Positions 1-12,196 of a stretch of DNA of 64,000 nt are shown piece by piece. The position numbers were made by a program, and so were the translations under genes. The notes beneath the pieces are model-generated. The model had not been told where the DNA came from. It did not search any database and was given only the letters and a program-made list of their open reading frames with translations. How positions within the stretch are numbered: position 1 is the first letter of the stretch; every line of letters starts with the position of its first letter. This DNA comes from Phoronis australis (lineage: Eukaryota > Animalia > Phoronida), in assembly GCA_002633005.1 (NCBI GenBank), contig NMRA01000704.1, positions 1 to 64,000 of the forward strand, written 5' to 3'.

Positions 1-343
1 AATGCTCGGCCGCATTCAACTCACAGGTAGCAGACGTCTTATCACTGCCGTAAATCATGAGAAGCTCAAACGTAAGCTTTACACAACCTCTGCATACTTA
101 AGTATCGTGGCCATTCGCAGTAGGCCCCAGTACCCGCGGCGGACACAGGACTCAGTTCATACACTCAACTAAGCAAAATTATTTATCACGCCGCAACCTC
201 AGAATTCACTATGTAACATACCATAAAAACATTCTTAATTCTTAGATTTTGAGGATTGACGAAAGTCACGATACATAGAATTATCCAAATTTGTGACTTG
301 TCTGATGCTACTTGGTCCGTACTGATAGACTAAATCAGTGGTT

Positions 344-1248
344 AACTCGGTTTACGAGTCCTCATGGCCTCCACTGGGGGCGCCAGCATGCGTGTGACGT
401 CAGTGGACAAAAGGAGATTTGGACAACATTCACCATTCTTCGGGCAGAATGGTGAATGTTGGCCATATCCCCTTTTGTCCACTGACGTCACAAGCATACT
501 GGCGCCCCCAGTGGAGGCCCTGAGAACTTGTAAATAAACTGAGTTCATGAACCCGGTAGTATCCAGCCTAGCAACGGCCGAGCCAAGCTGGCGAACAGAC
601 TTGTATTTATTGTGGGAATGCTGGCGACTGTGGTTAAAGTATTTTTTATGATTTTTCCAGAGTCGCTATGTTTTAGTGTGTTTTTTTAAATAACGTTGCA
701 TGTCATACCTCTCAGAAAATTAATATTGTTCCATTAAATTAAGAAAATTGGAATATTCATTCTAGCGATCCTGCAACACTACGATCCAACTGTTCTTCTG
801 TGTTACACACGCCGGCAAAGCCAAAGTTTTATCCCCACGCGAAATAGCCTCGTTTCTGACGCTCGACTAAAAAGGAATCTTTCAATCATAATTAATGGAT
901 ACTATATACCATTCATTAGTATATACCATGCATTATGTTTTTAGAAAAAAAGCGATACTCAACGTCCCACAATAAAGACAAGTCTGTTCGCCAGCTTGGC
1001 TCGGCTGGATACTACCGGGTTCATGAACTCGGTTTATTTACGAGTTCTCAGGGCCTCCACTGGAGGCGCCAGTATGCTTGTGACGTCAGTGGGCAAAAGG
1101 GGAATTGGCCAACATTCACCATTCTGCGGGATTTGGACAACATTCACCATTCTGCGGGCAGAATGGTGAATGTTGGCCATATCCCCTTTTGTCCACTGAC
1201 GTCACAAGCATACTGGCGCCCCCAGTGGAGGCCCTGAGAACTTGTAAA
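344..1248. mobile_element. Foldback/MITE-like element with nested palindromes
   Basis: Imperfect palindromes at 351-534 and 1037-1248 are copies of each other. 535-617 is the reverse complement of 965-1036. About 350-bp spacer; right side ends at an n (1249). Confidence 0.75.
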
Positions 1249-1264
1249 NACTTTAAGGTACATA

Positions 1265-1500
1265 CCCAGCTTTACATGCACATATCGTATCAGTGGCCTT
1301 GTCATTTGTCAGGTGAAGGTGGCCCGAGGCCGAGGAATCCTACTAGGATTCCTAGGCTTCGGATTTTTGCTGGCTCCTCGAGCTCTTATTTTTTCATCGT
1401 CACCTTTACAAATTCCCATATCATGAACGTACGATTCACTGGTGAAAAGCATCGCCTCTTGTCTCTGCCGATGCGTTTTCAAATAGTGCAAAAACACTCA
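1265..1500 (-). pseudogene. Remnant of a SWIM zinc-finger protein of the type preceding YqaJ/lambda exonuclease in Kolobok-E or ISL2EU transposons
   Basis: Minus strand reads QEAMLFTSESYVHDMGICKGDDEKIRAR, then in another frame HLHLTNDKATDTICACKAG followed by a GTATGT donor. CxCxAG is the SWIM-start motif as I recall it. Confidence 0.5.
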
Positions 1501-2237
1501 TCGATTCCACCAGGAACGTCGTTTAGCGACAGTGTGTTTGCCTCTGACATCTTGTTCGAATGTCGGGTATCACATGACTTTTCGCATAGGGGCGGAGCTT
1601 GCGATAGGTCAATTCCTACTTGTCCCAGATAACAATGTCAAATGATTTCTGGGGTATAATGATTATAATGATTATTAGAAAATCATGAATGAAAACATAT
1701 TGTTATCCTTATAACACGACTGTACTTCATGTTGAACAGCTTCATGGCCATTGTTAGTAATATGTCTATTGGAAATTTGCTTTACTACTGCACACTGGAA
1801 GATCGGAAATTGAACACAGGGTATAAGCGAGTGTAGGCCTACATCAAAGTGTCCTAGATAAGGTACTGCCGCGCTTTCAATCAAGTTCGTGTTGAAGAAG
1901 GGCTGCGCACGTCAACTGAATATATATTACAGGAGTGTTATTTTACTTAGAATTCCACGGAAGGGGGTGTATTTTCGCTTTGCTAAAAGCCTGAAGATAA
2001 TTGTAAGTTTTGTCATATTAATATGGTGAGGAGCCCCCGGTATGTCGAGCATCCAACGGTTTATCATTGTGGTTAGACCCCACTGAATGTCAGTCACACT
2101 GAGACAGATGTGACCGGAAGTGTCTGGTATAATTTGACAAAGCGAGATGACTTTTTCGCGCATGCAGTTTCCGGTCATATCAAGTAACCTTAGAATGCAA
2201 TTTGCGTGACCCGACCATTCTTCGTTTGATGTACATG

Positions 2238-2451
2238 CATGCGCGCACCCAGCCTAAAAATGGCGCCTCGAGTTTTTTTAGAATGCGGACTAATTACTTT
2301 TAAGATTCATGGTTTACGTTCAGAGCCATGAATTGTGCACTCTCCGAATTTTGGTTGTTCCTGCCTTTTTAGTGAACTTTTGTCTCGTTTTCTACTTTTT
2401 TCGTTTTTTTGTTTCTTTGAGGCGGACCTTTTTGCCCACTTCGCCAAATGG
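2238..2451 (-). mobile_element. Partial hAT-like MITE, same family as 7448-7691
   Basis: CATGCGCGCACCC terminus; GCGGACCTTTTTGCCCACTTCGCCAAATGG matches the reverse complement of about 7496-7525. Confidence 0.65.
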
Positions 2452-3419
2452 TTNATATGCTTGGCTGCAATCGTTTCATAATTTTGTAACTTAGCATACC
2501 GAGATGTTTTGGGGCTCCTGTCGGGTCCAGACCTAGCGTATTTTTGACAAAGGCAATTTAGTGACTAGTGGCGTGTACTGAATTGTATAGAATTGTTTTT
2601 GTGGTACACTTTACGTAGAATGTTGAACAATCTCAACTTTGGAATGATCTTTCGGGACTTTTCTACTGATGATTTAAAGTTTCTGCCATGTGTCGTACGG
2701 TGCTCAGTGTGGCATTGTTGTGCATTCTGAATCAATTTTACCCTTACCTCAAAGCTCAAACTGTCAAAAGCATCCAATAAGTGTCAGTCACCATTCAATG
2801 CTCTGAATCAACTGTTATGTGCGGTATCTCGAATGCTTGTGCTAGCTCAATTTTTGGGTAGTTGTGTATCTGGTAGATGTAAATTTTGCATGCGTTATTC
2901 GATCCTCACCGGCACAGTTATCAGTTTTGGGCAGTGCCTCGAATATTTGACATAGGCGGTTCACCATAGGGGGCTGGGGGGGGGGGGNGGGGGGGATATA
3001 GCCCCCACTTTAACTCGAGTTTGCAGTTTGAATTTAAGGGCCGTCAAGTGCAAATTTAGACTTGGAACTCATATGCGTGAACTATAATGCACTCGAGCAC
3101 AGAGTAATAGACATCTACCTTGAGTTCGTGCAAACATGGAAGAGAAAATGTTAAAAATAATTTCGAAAATACACCCCGGCCCCAAATCTCCCTCACATTT
3201 TCAACGGCCGTGGGTGATTTTTGTGGGTTTTGGGAGTTCTAGGTGGGCCCAACGCAGACTGTTTTGTCTGCCATTGGTTATTTATTGGTCTGAGGCATGT
3301 ACTGAATTAAATGGAACTGGTTTTGTGGTACCTAGAATATTAAGAGCTAGCTCAATTTTGAGGGTCCTTTTGGGGTTTCTGATGGGCCTTTTCTAAATGA
3401 TTTTGGGTGCTTTTGAGCA

Positions 3420-3850
3420 CCTTTCCAACATACAATTTGTCTGTCTGGGAGTGACAAGATTGATTCTTATTATTGTTTGGTCGGATAATGTGCGTCTTCC
3501 ATACCCCCACTACCTTATCGAGCTCTTTCTGAAGGAAAAATGCACCAAACAATTTCAGTTAAAGCATTAACGCATATGCATGTATTCTGTCGACATTACT
3601 CAGGTTACACGTGTGCAACCATTAGACACCTTATGTGAAAACAAGAAAGAATTGTTGTATGTATAAGATTTGCACGCTTTTGGTCGCTAAGGTAGCGCTC
3701 GTATCAAACTTGTCAGCATTGTATCCATGAACTTGCTTCCGATGACGGATGTCTTTGATGTAGCGAGCGGAAAGAAGACCTTGTCAGTTTGGCGTAATCC
3801 CATCCGTTTTTAAAATGCAAACGTATGACATCAATTACACGATCCACGTT
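3420..3850 (-). pseudogene. Internally deleted integrase-core (IS3EU-like) transposase remnant
   Basis: N-terminal VDRVIDVIRLHFKNGWDYAK/QGLLSARY (3847 to about 3760, frameshifted) and C-terminal FFLQKELDKVVGVWKTHIIRPNNNKNQSCHSQTDKLY (about 3540-3430). These resemble the IxxYFxxGxxY and LQxELDxxxxxWNxHxIR motifs of eukaryotic IS3-related integrases. Confidence 0.55.
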
Positions 3851-4297
3851 TGTTGTAGGCGTAACACCGATTGGCTACTCCCCAGTCGGACTTGCAGAAC
3901 GTATTTGTTTTAAAAGTCGCAGTGGACGTTTTAGAAGTCGTAGTACGAGATTTAAATGTTGCAGAGTGAGTTCAATAGTCGCAGTGCGGGATTTTACATT
4001 TTGCCGGGCTTATAGGGTGAAAAAAGGGGGTAATTACCCGATTTCCCTCCAAAAGGAAGACGCCGCTGTGAGATGGTTCCCTTAAAGTGACATTATCGGC
4101 AAGAAAAGTGATGTTCTGAGGTCAGCCACAGCGCGAATTTGAACCTTGATGTTTGGCAGTCGGACTGAGCTAAATCCATTTCCATAAATGGCAGAGTATT
4201 TTAAAGATACTCTTTCCTGTACAGTCACCGATTAAGAACACAGCTAGTTCGGCAGTCGAAAAACATCGTTAAAATATAAACATTATGTGACTTGCAG

Positions 4298-5275
4298 CCC
4301 TGTTTGTCTTTGCCTTATTTCGATATTGATTAAAAAAAAACTTTTAAAATAGAGTGGGGTTTCAGCGGAAACCTCATTATATATGGCGGCATTTGAGTGG
4401 GTACCCATAATGCATGCGTCAGCTGACTGCTGCGGTCATGTTAAGAGTTGCCGTGCCAACAAAAATAAAAATTAAACTAAACATCATAATAAATTCAGTT
4501 GTGTTTAAAAATGCTGTTAAATGAGAGTTATTTGGTCTTGAGCTTCAACAGAACTAACTTGTGTTAAAAACGTTATATGAAGTTTATAACTAAAATGAAT
4601 CGAAAGGAGAATGTTTTAAAAGCGTACTAATTGGTGAAGTTAGCTTCCTTGATTTTAGCGAATGTCTGGCATGCAGACATCGGTGCCACATGCTGGTGTA
4701 AATTAATGACACATCATTTTGAAATCCATGTATATTCCTATAGTCACATTTTGACATTTTTTCAAGTATGGTATATGTGACTTTGTTAGATCTTTTAGTT
4801 TCATTTGCTCTCTTCGGGTATAACAAACGGTAGGATGAGGGGCAAATTTCCAGGAAGAGAAATATGTCGTAGCAAATAAGCTGTCACAAAATATATGTAC
4901 TTGACAGGTTTCTTTCAGATATTTGTCAGCTTAATTGTATTTTGTTTAATATTGTGAATTATTTCACAACTTTCGATCCTGTTTGTGGTTGCCTTATTTA
5001 AACATATTTTAAAAAACTTTTTTATAAAGTTTTAAAGTTGGCGGGGGGAGGTTTCCGTCGAAACCTCATTACCTATGGCGGCGGTTCATTGAGAACCCAT
5101 AATCCATGAGACAGCTGACATTCACAACGGCGGCCATTTTAGGTGGTGGTGCACCACAACTAATACAAATTAAACTAAAAATCATATTAAGTTCATTCAA
5201 GTTTGAAGTTGTGTTGAATGATCATTATTTGGTCTCCAAGTTTCGACTGACTAACTTTCATTCATGAAGTGTTTA
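4298..5275 (+). repeat. Diverged direct repeat pair (about 4298-4570 and 4978-5270)
   Basis: Collinear blocks: CTGTTTGT..GCCTTATTT, hairpin G(G/A)GGTTTC-N4-GAAACCTC, ATGGCGGC, ACCCATAAT(G/C)CATG, CAGCTGAC, ATTAAACTAAA, TTATTTGGTCT; offset about 690 bp. Confidence 0.75.
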
Positions 5276-6559
5276 ACTAAAGTGTAACGGAAAGAACATC
5301 TACAATGGTTATTGCTTGAAGCAATAATCGGGAGTGGTAACAACTACAACCTAGTCAGTTTTTTCGGAAACTATTTATAACAGTAAGCAGCCTGAATCAC
5401 AAGTTCGGTGATACAGTCACATAATGCTGCGTAATTCTTAGGAAACGGGGCACTGCTTCATGGAGCACTATGAAGTCAGTGTGAGCTTATTTTGATCCGT
5501 TGGAACATATCCCTGGTATGATGCAGGGCCGTAGGACGTCAGGGTTAAACCGTGAGAACCGACATAGGCGTGGGGTCGGGCACAGTCTAGAAAAGAAAGA
5601 CTCAGTGCTTAATAGGGATAAGAGAAAAAATTCAAGAGAACATTTAACAATGTATCAATGCATTGTTTACTTTTTGAGGACCCTAACCAGGACATTGTTG
5701 TTAGGGTCTCAGCTTTTGCAGAGGTGGTCGTCTAAACGCACTTGAAAACGTGCACTTAATCATCCATATATATATTTCGAAAAATCGAGAAATTTTTTTT
5801 CAGCGAAGCTTTTGTGGAGAGTATTGATTTACTGGATTTTTAAATTCAATAAGTCAATTTTGCGAATACAAAACCATACTTTTTCAGAAGCCTGTCTCTG
5901 GCAAAAGATAATGGAGACAACTGTCGCTTTATTTTTTTTTCTCGAAACTGTATATCAACTTGAGAAAAATTGATGACCTGACAGGTAACATCAATTGCTG
6001 CGCATTTCCTGGTTTTGAAATACAGATATTTTCATATACAAGAGCCCCGCTCTTGAAGGAGGCCATTGAAGACATTCAAGTGGCCACCCTTTTTGTGTTT
6101 TTATTGACAAATTCCTAAGGGGCCGCTCACGGACAGAGACTCCAACGCTGGAATCGATTACCTCTATTTTCCTGTTTTTTGTGAAATCGTGCAACCGGCT
6201 TTCATGTTGAAGAAAGTCACCTGCACCGTCTTGTGACCACGCGACGGTGGAATGAACTGTCATTCTTTTGTAAGCTTAATGGTGTGTAGCCTTTCATCTT
6301 AAGGTGTCCCATTTCAGACGGAACCGTCATTCGGTGGAGCAGTTCGGGAGAAATGTCCCTTTGTCCCTCTATACATGTAAATCCGACACTGCCAAGTATT
6401 CACGAGGGAAGTTGAGATTCCAGTTTCATCAGAAACACAAAACATTCGTGCGCAGCACAGCAGTATCAAGACATTCGACCCAAACAACCAAAAATGTGAA
6501 AAATACAATAGGATTGCCCACCGTCGAAAGGGTGGAATTATGAAGAACGTGAAGACCGG

Positions 6560-6703
6560 GCGTGCGTTCAGTAACGCTAGGACCTACGTTACGACCTAGC
6601 TAAATTCTAGACAAAGTCACATATTCACATTTAAAATACACGGCAATATCTCACGTAATCTCGCGAAGTCTTGCTTTTTAACGAGGCGTTACTGAACGGG
6701 AGG
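6560..6703. mobile_element. Small degenerate MITE
   Basis: 13-bp perfect inverted repeat CGTTCAGTAACGC (6565-6577) / GCGTTACTGAACG (6686-6698); no clear TSD. Confidence 0.45.
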
Positions 6704-7447
6704 CAGTATTTGTGAATTACACAAAAGGACCATTTCCGATGGTTAGTTATAAAATAATTAAATAAGTTTTTGGCCACAATAAGTTCAAAAACCAGACAAT
6801 CGCCGCACAAATAAAAAAGTTCATGTTCAATTCAATGTTTCGTCTTTTCATTAGACATCATCAGATCATATTTACAACAATTTAGGACAACAAGTGCCAA
6901 CATACAGCTCAGGTAACATCCATAGAGTGAAGTGAGAGATACACAGAATATAAAATAATGTTACTGTTTCACAACAATAGTATATCTTTTGAAGATGGTT
7001 ACTTTGTTACATGTGGAAAACACTGCTGTGGAGGCTACCATTTGAGATGGCAGTTTTCATGTCGAACGGGGGTACTCAAAGAACTCTCCCAATCATAAAC
7101 AAAGATTTCAGCGTTTTTTGTCAGTAGAGTTCAAATTTAACCCGTGAACCGTGATAGGTACCTCTGAAATGAGCAAAAATCCACCCTAATACGAATGCCC
7201 CATCTCTCATGCTCCCCGTTTACCTGTAAAAACTCTGTGAGCAAACCCGCGGAAATTGCTTATTTCTGTTTTGATAAACAAATTCGTTGGTTTCTGATTT
7301 ACCTGCTTATGTATCTACGAAAATCGATAGATTCATAGATGATTTGACAATTAAAAGCTACTCTTGTAAGAATTGGTGATGTTTCAGTGAATTTAGTTGC
7401 AGCGTGAAGTTGGAAAAACTCTGTAACCCGACCCCCAAATAGTAAAG

Positions 7448-7691
7448 CATGCGCGCACCCGGGGGGGGGGCTCGGGGGGCTCGAATGAGCCCCCCCCATT
7501 TGGCGAAGTGGGAGAAAAAGTCCGCCCCTGAGAGACAAAATGTCGGAGGAAATGGGACAAAAGAACAGTAAATAAGCGCAAACGTGCAATTCACTGTGGT
7601 GCTCTCGTTTTTTTAGTCCGCTCTTTTGTTTGCAAAAGGTCCATAAGGTCAGGAATTCGAGCCCCCATTTTGAAGGCTGAGTGTGTGCATG
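7448..7691 (+). mobile_element. hAT-like MITE with 5-bp TSD
   Basis: Ends CATGCGCGCAC / GTGTGTGCATG; TAAAG on both sides (7443-7447, 7692-7696). Related pieces at 2238-2451 and 47690-47764. Confidence 0.75.
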
Positions 7692-10600
7692 TAAAGTACA
7701 CTTAGACGATTTTGCCTATCTAAAATAACTCTCAAAGACATTGATGAAAATCGGACAATTCCCAAAAATATACTTACAATTCAAATGTCAATAAACCGAT
7801 TGCTGTTCGACTTAGGTGCAAGATTTGTAGTTTAAAGTCACAAACAGGGTGTCAAAAAGGAATTGAGTCATTAAATCAAGGTGAACGCATTCTAATGAAA
7901 TCGATTGTTGATTTCTGATTTACAAATTTATGTATCTACGAAAATCGACTGATTGTAGATGATTTTTTGACAATTAGAAACGATCTCATTTCAAGTGTCA
8001 AATTCGGAACATGGCGCAATCGGAACTACGGCTAAGTATAGCCGCTCTCCCGCGATATCCCAGGCGACCGGCAGTGACGCTGGGCACAACGACTCCGTTT
8101 CCGTCGTCTGCTCCACTGTGCAATGAAGAAAATCACTTCATTTTTTAATGAAAATGGAATCTGAGTGATGATGAAAAAACAGGAGCTGCTGGTAAGATGG
8201 CAATTTTAATCGAAGCCTTAGTGAATCACTCAGAAACTCATAATTCTCTCTTTGTCAAACCTTAACTTGTCTTAAGACGATTTCCAAAGCAATCGCGTCA
8301 TTATTGCCAACACAAAACACGGATTTGGTCTTTTGGGCAATTGAAGACTGGGATTGCCCCTCACTATAGAGCGGACGTGGGACGTTCAGTACAAAGGGTG
8401 GGAGCACGGGGGGCGGGGGGGAGGTGGTTGGCGGTGGTGGTGGCGATGGAGGCGGTGGTAGTTTGGTGAAGTCGAAATGGTTTGTGCCCCCCAGACCCCC
8501 AATAATTTTTGCATTCCTACGGGCCTGTGCTGTGTGCTAAATGTGTAATTATGTACTAACAAGCTGAAATAATTTTCCATGATTGCAATTAACAGTAGTA
8601 GTTTGATTTTTTGGTTGATCGGAATTTGGGACTACGGCAAAATTTGCTTGTACTTTTCGAATTAATTTACAGTCTGCAGTGTACATGTATGTTACACAGA
8701 TGGGTACTCCGTACCACAAAGAGTGGAGAGGTGCGAATTTGATGTCGCATGCAAAAAGTTATACGCACAAGAAAACAAACCATGGTAAAATAGGACCTTA
8801 TGAAACATTTATCATTCTAAAGCTCAAAATTTCACCCGGTATCACATGTACGTAAAGAGCGAGAGAATTGGATTTGCGGAGACAACAATTTAATGTCCAT
8901 TTACCTAGTAACAACTGTTGCTTCAGTCATGTTTCTAAGTTTTGCCTGACGTATTCCGCATTTTGATTCGCTTGACATCCCACGTACGATTAGATGTTGC
9001 ACGTAAAACTTAGCGTGATTTACGTCAAATTTGCACTCAATGCTTCCTTTGCGTTCACTGAACTCCTTTCTCAACTTATTATCGAAGAAGACGTGAGCAA
9101 CTAAATCTTTCAATGGCTTTGAATCGCTTATTTACGTCACGTGGCCATGGATCAATGCAATCACAAGTCAAAGGCAGCTGGTACGTCTAAATATATTCAC
9201 CACGCTCTATTTTTATCCACTAATTGCATGATACAGTGTCCTTGTACATGACGCACAGATAGACGTCACATCGACCAAAACCGCGTGCCACTGCCTATCC
9301 ACTGTATTACTGTTGAATTTAGCGCGAAATAAGCATTCTGTATCAATCACTTTCGATGTATGGCTTACTAACACAGAGACGAGTGACAACTGTATTCACC
9401 TGGAGAATAACTGAACGCTGAGTTATTAGTAATAAGGAAACTTTATCCAGTTGGACAATCATTTCAACTCCTCAAGCATAATAATTTGCTTTGAGATAAA
9501 CATACATATATACAATCGTCCTTGTATTTTTAATTGAAGAAGAGAGGCAATATGTGTGGAATCCCCGTTAACATTGTTACTGCCACGTCGCCGCAAGCTG
9601 TTCTCGCCTCTGCAGTTCCTTGGTTACATGCTCATGGCTAACGTACGTGGTATGGAAAATAGCATTTCCACGACGGCTAAAATAATCAGTTGGCACGCAA
9701 ATACATTCGAGCGTTCCGGCAGCTTTGTCCGGGCAATTCTGGGTCATCACTTTCGCCACCCAGCTGTGGTCACATGCACATCGCCTCCCAGGGCGCCACT
9801 CCCCTTGATCGCCTCCAACCTGAAGGTCTCGCCCCTGACGCTGCCTATCTTTGGCGGCCATGTTCTCCCGCCTCGTTCCGTCGGTGTCTTGCAAGCCGAA
9901 AGTATAGTCAAGTCCAAGTGACTTCGTTGTTTGGAAAGCGACGTGCAAGTATTGTACTGATGTAGTGATTTTCAGTCGCAGACTGTCAAGTTTTTTGAAA
10001 CAAGAATGAACCTGTCAGAGCTGCACTTCATGTATAATTATGTCTTTTGATAAATGAAGTAAGATATCACTGTCATTGTATATGTTTCATTGTACAAATT
10101 ACATCTACTCCATCTTTGTATATACTCATCATTTCTTATCGGGGACTCGCACTTGTGCTAATGTTTTTCTTGGTTTGTATTTTCCTGTACAATAAACTTT
10201 TTACTCACTTAATTACTTTACGAGTTAACTATCTTAACATGTTGTCGTTACTTCACTTTGAAAAGACTGTGGAGAATACATAAAACGCCGTTTTGTTATT
10301 TTGTTATCATTGTGTACATAATTATTCGAAATATTCTGCAAGCAATTTTTAAAACACGTTGACAAGTTGAACCGCCAATGGTATGGCTTGCCCTGCAATG
10401 ACAGACTACGCGGGGTCTATGCTACGAAGACAAGTACAGGACAAGGCTTGCCTCGTTGCGCATTTTCATACGAACGAAAACCAGCGCAGTATATGTGGAG
10501 AACAGTGAGCTTATACATGTAGTTGTGTTGCCCTTGTCGAACAGACAAATTTAAAACAAGGATTACATGTAAAGGACCATTATTGTGTAGAGGGGATCAA

Positions 10601-10826
10601 CCTGTGCCGTTGTTGGTTTGGACAGCCTTCGTTGCTAAGTTACTAAACGTACGTCATGTTTATGACCAACCTTGTACCAGAATATAGCGCAGACATGATT
10701 CTGCTGGCTGCCCGCCCATCGCTTCCTACGGCGATACACTAGGAGGCATATTCTTTAGATTTAAGCACTCGATCACCACGTTACATTGACACTTTATTTC
10801 TGACACACAGCCACTTTCAGTGCTAT

Positions 10827-10897
10827 TGTGTGTGTGTGCGCGTGTGTGTGCGCGCGTGCGTGCGTGCGTGTGTGTGCGCGCGTGCGTGCGTGTGTGC
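10827..10897. repeat. (TG)n/(CG)n microsatellite
   Basis: Alternating purine-pyrimidine run. Confidence 0.9.
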
Positions 10898-12110
10898 GAG
10901 CTATACTCACCGGTTAGGCTATATACATTGCCATCTGTTGGGAGCCAAATGGCCAATATTTATTTAATGACCATTATATTGTAGAATTAATAAAAACAGA
11001 CAAATAACTCGCAACACAGTGTTTGACGCTGGAATACCCCTCCGTGGACTAGTGGAAGCCAGAATCTTGATTTGATTTCACTTTTTTATTTGTTTTTACT
11101 TGAAATAGGCCAATATGAGTAATAAGCGTTAGGGCCTTTCGTGACATAAAATGCGGGTTGCCTCTTGCCGAATTGCAACTGTTCTCAACTGCTCATAAAT
11201 GGACGTGTCAGGGCTTGAGATCAGGCCCTACAAGTTGGTTTGTTATTTTGTGGACCAAGAGTGTAGAGGTGGATTTACGGGGGGAGGGGGTTCAGGGGGT
11301 TTAACCCCCCGGGACAGGACCAAAAGTAAAAATATAAAACGTCGCCAGAAAAACGAAATCAGCTACAAAAACCAAAAAAGAAATCTTACACGTCCACCTC
11401 CTGACCTTCCCCCACTCGGCGCTACGCGCCTCGGATTCGCGCGAATCCTGATCCCCTCTTGCTGAACACGTATAGATCTGCCACTGGTGTGGTCTCAAGG
11501 AATAATGAAGTGTCGGTTCTTTGCAAGCCTTGAGTAATTTGAGGGAAATTTAATTGATAGCGATAACTGCAGTATTAGTATGTTCAGTAAACACAGATTT
11601 ATTGGCGTACTGAAATCATTGGCCAAATGAGTGAACGTTACGAACGTAAATGCGTAACGTTCACCTTGTTGGCTTATGATACTCGAAAGGTGCATTTCGC
11701 CTCTGTAAATGCCGAATTCGTTTGCAGAAGCGTTTTGGGAGTTACACGCTTCACCACTACACTCATCCGAACCTGAATTGTTGCCGAATTAGCCAACGAA
11801 ACGTATTAAATCTCAGGCAACGGTGTGTGCAGTAAGCCATTTTCGAAATCTTAATTTTGGGGTTGGCCAACCGCAGCCAACCCCAATAAACTCTGAAACG
11901 TTTTGCTGAGTTGTTGAATGGGTTTAAAGCACTAGGAGACCGTTTATGTGCATTGCGTGGATTGTTCATGCTTCGTTTCTTGCCAACTAACTGTTGAGAA
12001 AATTCTGCCTTATAACATTAGATTTACATACATATTGTAACGCCATTTGAGTGCGGCATATGCAAAATGTCATAGTAATTTTAAGTAAAAATAATGCTAA
12101 TTCGATGTTC

Positions 12111-12114
12111 AAAA
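12111..12114 (-). terminator. RNA polymerase III oligo-T terminator of tRNA-Glu
   Basis: AAAA on + (TTTT on -) about 10 nt past the tRNA 3' end. Confidence 0.6.
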
Positions 12115-12124
12115 TAATTGCTCA

Positions 12125-12196
12125 TTCCCACACCGGGAATCGAACCCGGGCCGCCAGGGTGAGAGCCTGGAATCCTAGCCACTAGACCATATGGGA
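12125..12196 (-). tRNA. tRNA-Glu (anticodon CTC)
   Basis: Reverse complement TCCCATATGGTCTAGTGGCTAGGATTCCAGGCTCTCACCCTGGCGGCCCGGGTTCGATTCCCGGTGTGGGAA: 72 nt, acceptor TCCCATA/TGTGGGA, anticodon stem CCAGG/CCTGG with loop CTCTCAC, A-box, and B-box GGTTCGATTCC. Confidence 0.97.

Larger units (their letters stand above)
5524..8527. mobile_element. Possible 3-kb hAT-like non-autonomous element (5-bp TSD) hosting nested MITEs
   Basis: Left CAGGGCCGTAGGA; right TCCTACGGGCCTG (12/13 TIR). Flanks TGATG / TGCTG (4 of 5). Confidence 0.45.

Noticed and set aside
1105-1632. 175-aa + strand ORF
   Set aside because: Spans a palindromic repeat, an n and the antisense of the SWIM remnant.
3820-4190. DIRS gag-like reading (FALWLTSEHHF, RCYAYNKRGSCN) on the minus strand
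   Set aside because: Motifs incomplete, no RT or recombinase follows, and an overlapping frame fits the integrase N-terminus better.
8395-8465. G-rich tract as a functional G-quadruplex or Pro/His-rich exon
   Set aside because: Lies in the subterminal region of a MITE-like end, where G-runs are common in this window; no splice support.
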